Of a stretch of DNA of 64,000 nt, positions 59,100 through 64,000 are shown piece by piece (within the stretch, counting starts at the first letter, position 1; each line of letters begins with the position of its first letter). The notes under the pieces are model-generated. The model did no database searches, was not told the DNA's origin, and saw only the letters and a list, made by a program, of their open reading frames with translations. Both the position numbers and the translations under genes were made by a program. The DNA is from an uncultured delta proteobacterium (GTDB lineage: Bacteria; Desulfobacterota; Binatia; Binatales; Binataceae), in contig CAVQEQ010000001.1 in assembly GCA_963711565.1 (NCBI GenBank), forward strand, positions 544,001 to 608,000, given 5' to 3'.

Positions 59100-59540
59100 T
59101 CAGCTCGTGGGTGGCTGTGCAGGCTGAACTGCGGGCGCCGACTCGCCGGTGAAGTGGACTGCGATGCCGGCGCATTCGAAGTACCCGCCTTCAGTATAAG
59201 GTTCGAAAGCGCCGTAATCGTCATCCTCGACGAACCATACCGTAGTGTTCACGATCGCATCGACCTGGTCGCCATACTTCCGATACGCGGCCGCTCTAAG
59301 TCCGTCGCCATGAACAACAGCGCCGCCGGTTGAATTTGGTCGGTTGAAGCAGTAGCCCTCCGCACGTCCGAGCGCTGTAAATTGCGGATGACCTTTGACG
59401 GCGGGGCCGTGAACGACCTGGATCTTCTTGATCGCGGCGCTGATGGCGTCCTGTTGCTGTTGGAGATGGTCCACATCCTGATCAACAGCGGAACATCCCG
59501 CGAGCGCGACGATCGCAACAAGGAGAAGCACGAGTCGCAT
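59100..59540 (-). CDS. Hypothetical lipoprotein
   Basis: Lipobox LAGC; LGRAEGYC...ECAGIAVHF pattern reminiscent of an RcsF/YbjQ-like fold. Confidence 0.65.
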   Translation of the reverse strand: MRLVLLLVAIVALAGCSAVDQDVDHLQQQQDAISAAIKKIQVVHGPAVKGHPQFTALGRAEGYCFNRPNSTGGAVVHGDGLRAAAYRKYGDQVDAIVNTTVWFVEDDDYGAFEPYTEGGYFECAGIAVHFTGESAPAVQPAQPPTS

Positions 59541-59625
59541 TGGAATCCCCTCCGGCCGATTGGCGTAGCCAACCCGCGCGCGCAGCGCAACAATACATAT
59601 TCCGCGCGCGATTCGAGCAGTCGTG

Positions 59626-59871
59626 CTAGCCCTGCTGCTTCCTGCGCTCAGCCCAACGCTTCTTCATCGCAATTGACAGCCGCTTTCTGCCCGCCGGCGT
59701 CAGACCGCCGCGCTTGCGCTTCTTCGTGGTGGACCCTTTAGGCCTGCCGACTCTCTTCTTCTTGCCACCACCTGACAAGGCCTTACCCGCCGATCCCATC
59801 AGAGCAGTGATCGCTCGGCCAAGCCTGTCCCTTTCCTTCGCCAAGTCTGCAACTAATTTTTCCAGGTCCAA
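59626..59871 (-). CDS. Small basic protein: coiled-coil, GRP (AT-hook-like) linker and KKRWA helix; putative nucleic-acid-binding
   Basis: TTG start after AAGGAG; LAKERDRLGRAITAL...VGRPKGS...LTPAGRKRLSIAMKKRWAERRK. Confidence 0.72.
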   Translation of the reverse strand: MDLEKLVADLAKERDRLGRAITALMGSAGKALSGGGKKKRVGRPKGSTTKKRKRGGLTPAGRKRLSIAMKKRWAERRKQQG

Positions 59872-60095
59872 GGTTTGCTCCTTTGGCGCGCATGCTCTAT
59901 GCAGCGCCTTCATTAGCGGCTCGTTGTGATTTGCGTCCTATAGATAGGTGTGCACGCTTGTTCGGGTCAGCGCAATACCTAGCCTTCCGCCGATTCGATG
60001 CAGCAGTGCGGAAATTTCAGGACTTTCCGTGCGCTCCGGCACATATCCACAGGCGACGATTTAACGGGTAGCGAACAACTTCGATTGCGAATAGA

Positions 60096-61913
60096 GTGAG
60101 GCGACGTTTGCCGGAAGGTTTCGTGAACGAAGCGCATCGCACTAGATTTCTCGTCGAGCTGATCAAACCCTCGCATTACGACGACGACGGCTACTTAATA
60201 CAGTGGTGGCGCGGATTTGTGCCGTCGAGCTCGCTGTCGAACCTGTACGGCCTCGCGCTTGACGCGCAGACGCGCCGCATCCTCGGCGAGAGCGTCGATC
60301 TCGATATCGAGGCGCACGACGAGACTAACAAGCGAGTGCCGGTGCGTTCGATAATTCGGCGGTTCAAGCGCAACGCGAACCGCGGCATTGTGCTGCTGGT
60401 TGGTGTACAAACCAACCAGTTCGCGCGCGCAGTCGATATCGCGCGCGAGCTACGCACCGCCGGCATCCAGGTTGCGATCGGCGGGTTTCATGTCAGCGGA
60501 TGCCTCGCGATGCTGCCGGAGATGCCGCCCGAGATGAAGGACGCGCTCGCGCTCGGCATCACGCTGTTCGCCGGCGAAGCCGAGCATCGGCTCGACGAGT
60601 TGCTGCTCGCCGCGTTCGAGAATCGCATGCCGCCGGTTTACAACTTCATGGCCGATTTGCCCGCGATGGACGGCGAGCCGCTGCCGTTCCTGCCGATGAA
60701 ATACGTCAAGCGCTACGCCGGCGCACTCGGATGCTTCGACGCGGGGCGCGGATGCCCGTTCAGTTGCAGCTTCTGCACGATCATAAACGTGCAGGGCCGC
60801 AAGTCACGTCATCGCAGCGCCGACGATATCGAGCAGTTGATTCGCGCGCACGCGGCGCAAGGCGTGCGCAGCTTTTTCATCACCGACGACAACTTCGCGC
60901 GCAACCGGAATTGGGAACCGATCCTCGACCGCATCATCGAACTCAAGCGCCGCGACCGGCTCAAGATCAACATCATCATGCAGGTCGATACCATGTGCCA
61001 CAAAATCCCGCACTTCGTTGAGAAGTCGGTGCGCGCAGGGTGCAAGAAAGTTTTCATCGGGCTCGAGAACATCAATCCCGACAGCCTCAAGGGCGCGTCG
61101 AAAGGTCAGAACCGCATCACCGAGTATCGCAAGATGCTGCAGGCGTGGAAGCGCGCGAAGGTGCTGACCTATGCCGGTTATATCCTGGGTTTCCCGTCCG
61201 ACACGCCCGCGAGTATCGAGCGCGACATCGCGATCATCCAGCGCGAACTCCCCATCGACATCATGGAGTTCTTCATGCTCACGCCGCTGCCCGGCTCGAA
61301 GGATCACCAGGACATGTACCTGCGCGGCGAGCGGATGGAAGCCGACACCAACAAGTACGATGCCGAACATGCGACTGCCGACCATCCGCGCATGAGTGCC
61401 GCCGAATGGCAGGACATCTACCAGCGGGCGTGGCACCTGTACTATTCGCCGTCGCACATCGAGACGCTAATCAAGCGGGCGGTCGCCAGCGGGATGCGCT
61501 CGCGGCGGATGACTTCGATGATTTTCTATTTCTACGGAAGTCACGCTTTCGAGCGGGTACATCCGCTGCAAGGCGGGATCATTCGCCGCAAGCCGCGTAC
61601 GCAGCGCCGTCCGGGATTTCCGCGCGAGAACTTGCTCAGCTTTTTCGCGAGGCGCACCCACGAGACGCTAACGACTTACGTTCCTGGGCTGTTGTACTTC
61701 AGGCGGCTGGAACGTTTGCGAAAGAAGATCGAGAACGATCCCGCGTCGAAACACTATATGGATGTAGCGCTCAGTCCCGTCGTCGATGGCGAGTTCGACG
61801 GCGACCTCGAACTCTACCAGGCATCGGACTCCGCTGTACGCGCCGCCGACCAGGCCCGCTCACGCGCCGACGAGATGCGGAAGATCGAGCTTCGCCGCGC
61901 GGCAGCCGGCTGA
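60096..61913 (+). CDS. B12-binding-domain radical SAM protein
   Basis: N-terminal LVGVQTNQ..IGGFH..GEAE domain; GRGCPFSCSFC, TDDNF, IGLE, TPLPGS; alternative start GTG 60123. Confidence 0.88.
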   Translation: MRRRLPEGFVNEAHRTRFLVELIKPSHYDDDGYLIQWWRGFVPSSSLSNLYGLALDAQTRRILGESVDLDIEAHDETNKRVPVRSIIRRFKRNANRGIVLLVGVQTNQFARAVDIARELRTAGIQVAIGGFHVSGCLAMLPEMPPEMKDALALGITLFAGEAEHRLDELLLAAFENRMPPVYNFMADLPAMDGEPLPFLPMKYVKRYAGALGCFDAGRGCPFSCSFCTIINVQGRKSRHRSADDIEQLIRAHAAQGVRSFFITDDNFARNRNWEPILDRIIELKRRDRLKINIIMQVDTMCHKIPHFVEKSVRAGCKKVFIGLENINPDSLKGASKGQNRITEYRKMLQAWKRAKVLTYAGYILGFPSDTPASIERDIAIIQRELPIDIMEFFMLTPLPGSKDHQDMYLRGERMEADTNKYDAEHATADHPRMSAAEWQDIYQRAWHLYYSPSHIETLIKRAVASGMRSRRMTSMIFYFYGSHAFERVHPLQGGIIRRKPRTQRRPGFPRENLLSFFARRTHETLTTYVPGLLYFRRLERLRKKIENDPASKHYMDVALSPVVDGEFDGDLELYQASDSAVRAADQARSRADEMRKIELRRAAAG

Positions 61914-61914
61914 T

Positions 61915-62571
61915 CTATTTCGCGGCCTGTTGCTGGTACAGCTCGGGCAAGTCTTTCTGAAACTGTTCCAGTTTCGGCAAATCGTTGTAGACGATGTAAG
62001 GTTGATCCGGATGCAGCTCCAAGTAGTTCTGATGATAGTCTTCGGCCGGGTAGAAGCCCGTGAATGGAACCACCTTGGTAACGATCGGCCCCGAGAATGC
62101 GTGCTGCTGATAGAGTTGCGTGATGTAGTCATCGGCCATCTTTTTCTGAGCGTCGTTCTCATAGAAGATCGATGAGCGATACTGAGTCCCCGAATCCGGT
62201 CCCTGTCGATTCAGTTCGGTCGGATCGTGAGCGACGAAGAAAAACACCTTCAACAGATCGTCGTACGTAACCTTCGACGGATCGTAGGTAACCCGGACTG
62301 ACTCCGCATGCCCCGTCGTTCCCGTGCTGACGATCTCATAATGGGCGGTATTCGCCGCTCCGCCCGCGTATCCTGAAACAACCTTGGTCACGCCCTTAAC
62401 ATGCTTGAAGACAGCATCGACACCCCAGAAACATCCACCCGAAAAAACCGCGCTAGCGCTATCGTTGCCCGCGGCCTGCGCCGTAACGTTAACGGTCTTC
62501 ACGCCGAATAACACTCCCACGGTAAGCAAGAGCGCCATGATCAACTTCGTTCGCGACTTCATATTCATCAT
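61915..62571 (-). CDS. msrA: Peptide methionine sulfoxide reductase MsrA with signal peptide
   Basis: GGCFWG, SGYAGG, GHAESV, RQGPDSGTQYRS, AEDYHQNY. Confidence 0.93.
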   Translation of the reverse strand: MMNMKSRTKLIMALLLTVGVLFGVKTVNVTAQAAGNDSASAVFSGGCFWGVDAVFKHVKGVTKVVSGYAGGAANTAHYEIVSTGTTGHAESVRVTYDPSKVTYDDLLKVFFFVAHDPTELNRQGPDSGTQYRSSIFYENDAQKKMADDYITQLYQQHAFSGPIVTKVVPFTGFYPAEDYHQNYLELHPDQPYIVYNDLPKLEQFQKDLPELYQQQAAK

Positions 62572-62656
62572 ATTAGCAACGCGCAACGGTCGCGTCTGGT
62601 TCCCGCAGCCGGTTTGAATTTGACCGTCGGCATTAAACTCTGAGCAATATCCCCTG

Positions 62657-63376
62657 ATGCGATTCGCGCCGATACTTCTTTCTCTCGTCACGCTCGTCTC
62701 GACCGGGTTAGGCGGGACAGCCGCAATCCGCCTCCGCGACCGGCTTCATCTACTGCTCGGGTTCAGTTCCGGCGCGGTATTGGCGGTGGCGCTGTTCGAC
62801 ATACTGCCCGAAGTGTTCGCGTTCGACCATGGCGCATCCTATATGCCGATCACTGCGCTGGGATTCCTGGCGTTCTTCGGACTCGAACGCTACACCGCGA
62901 TGCATCGCGCCCGCGAACATCCCCATTCGGTGGGCGCCCATGAGCCGGAGCTTGGCGCGATGTCCGCGGCCGGCCTGGCCTTTCACAGTTTTTTGGACGG
63001 AGTCGCAATCGGCGTCGGCTTTCAGACCAGCGTCGCAATCGGGCTACTCATAGCGTTCGGCATAATCGCGCACGACTTTAGCGACGGGCTGAACACGGTG
63101 ACGGTCGTTCTCGCCCATGGAAATTCGCCACGACGCGCCGTTATCTGGCTGATAATCGACATGCTCACGCCTGTTCTTGGCGCGGCTTCGACGCTGATGT
63201 TCGATCTGCGGGGACTGCTGCCTTTCCTGCTCGCGTTCTTCGCCGGGTCTTTTCTTTATATTGGTGCCTCGGACCTGCTGCCGGAAGCGCGGGAGCACGA
63301 TTCTCCGCTGGTCGCCGTCGCCACCTTCATGGGGATGCTGGCGATTTTTCTGATCACCCGCCTGCTGCGGGGATAG
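62657..63376 (+). CDS. ZIP family metal transporter
   Basis: GAVLAVALFDILPE, His-containing loop, HSFLDG, HDFSDG, LYIGASDLLPE. Confidence 0.88.
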   Translation: MRFAPILLSLVTLVSTGLGGTAAIRLRDRLHLLLGFSSGAVLAVALFDILPEVFAFDHGASYMPITALGFLAFFGLERYTAMHRAREHPHSVGAHEPELGAMSAAGLAFHSFLDGVAIGVGFQTSVAIGLLIAFGIIAHDFSDGLNTVTVVLAHGNSPRRAVIWLIIDMLTPVLGAASTLMFDLRGLLPFLLAFFAGSFLYIGASDLLPEAREHDSPLVAVATFMGMLAIFLITRLLRG

Positions 63377-63444
63377 TTGCGAGATCCTTTTGGCGGGCTG
63401 CCCAAGGTTGGCGAAGGCCCCTGTACATATATATTGTCGCGACT

Positions 63445-64000
63445 ATGGAAAAGAGACCGGCGCGGCTGCTCGCTTTGTTTCAGCTCATTGCGTGCATCGC
63501 GATCTTTGGATGCGGGCATAAAGAGGCGGCTGCGCCCGAGTCGATCCCCGTTACGGTGCAGGCCGTCGCGATGGCGAGTGGTGCTGCCGGCGGAGCCTAC
63601 TCGGCAAATATTATTGCCGATACGCAGGTTGATGTTGCGTTCAAGGTCAACGGCTATGTGCAGTCGATCCTCCAGGTAAAGGGTGCGGACGGCAAGCTGC
63701 GCAATGTGCAGGCGGGCGATGCGGTGACGGCGGGCGCGGTGCTCGCGGTCGTGAAGGATGACACCTACCGCAACAGCCTGGTGAAAGCTCAAGCCGATTT
63801 ACAGAACTCGCGCGCGACATTCAGCAAGGCGAAGGCGGACTTCACCCGCTACACGCATCTGCTGGAGCAGCACGTCGTGTCGCAGGCCGACTATGACGCC
63901 GCCAAGCAGCAATACGAATCCGCGCAGGCGTCGGTCGGCGCATCGCAGGCCGCGGTGCAGCAGGCACAAGTCGATCTCGACGACTGCAAACTCAAATCGC
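63445..64000 (+). CDS. Efflux RND transporter periplasmic adaptor subunit (runs off the window)
   Basis: Manual translation: lipobox IFGC, VDVAFKVNGYV, GDAVTAGAVLA, coiled-coil AKADFTRYTHLL..VSQADYDAA. Confidence 0.85.
   Translation, partial: MEKRPARLLALFQLIACIAIFGCGHKEAAAPESIPVTVQAVAMASGAAGGAYSANIIADTQVDVAFKVNGYVQSILQVKGADGKLRNVQAGDAVTAGAVLAVVKDDTYRNSLVKAQADLQNSRATFSKAKADFTRYTHLLEQHVVSQADYDAAKQQYESAQASVGASQAAVQQAQVDLDDCKLKS

Noticed and set aside
1-64000. Many long overlapping or antisense ORFs in the track (e.g. 7781-9055 +, 12380-13624 +, 30970-32703 +, 56548-57957 -)
   Set aside because: Expected shadows of real genes in high-GC DNA; no recognisable motifs

Overview
GC-rich bacterial chromosomal window. 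The gene order xerC-hslVU-argBDFGH-lipoprotein-lysA-dapF-dapA and the gene style suggest a deltaproteobacteria-like lineage such as Binatota (inference only). Bases 1-35,300 are mostly core metabolism: arg/lys biosynthesis, HslUV, XerC, glmU-glmS with a clear glmS ribozyme between them, a biotin carboxylase pair, Moco genes and ispH. This part also holds an unannotated Cys/His microprotein inside the arg operon and a foreign-looking membrane-effector-like/cytidine deaminase pair just after glmS. Bases 36,500-46,000 carry a large ice-binding (DUF3494-like) surface protein and a co-oriented cluster of small general-stress-type genes, including two microproteins missed by the ORF track, a Trp/Asn/His repeat protein and an AI-2E transporter fused to a B12-binding-like domain. 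Bases 47,200-57,900 are a rearranged accessory region: an ECF sigma factor with a zinc anti-sigma/VWA fusion, a second VWA paralogue, several REP-like palindrome families and a scrambled duplication. The most notable feature there is a pair of Rhs-derived toxin/immunity-like cassettes that lack the canonical DPxG autoprotease motifs and share a PRQxxHGRHPLY...PLQ motif just before unrelated Cys-patterned C-termini. No rRNA, tRNA, CRISPR array or transposase was recognised. Three single-base frameshifts at short G/C runs may be assembly errors. All family names come from motif recognition, not database searches.
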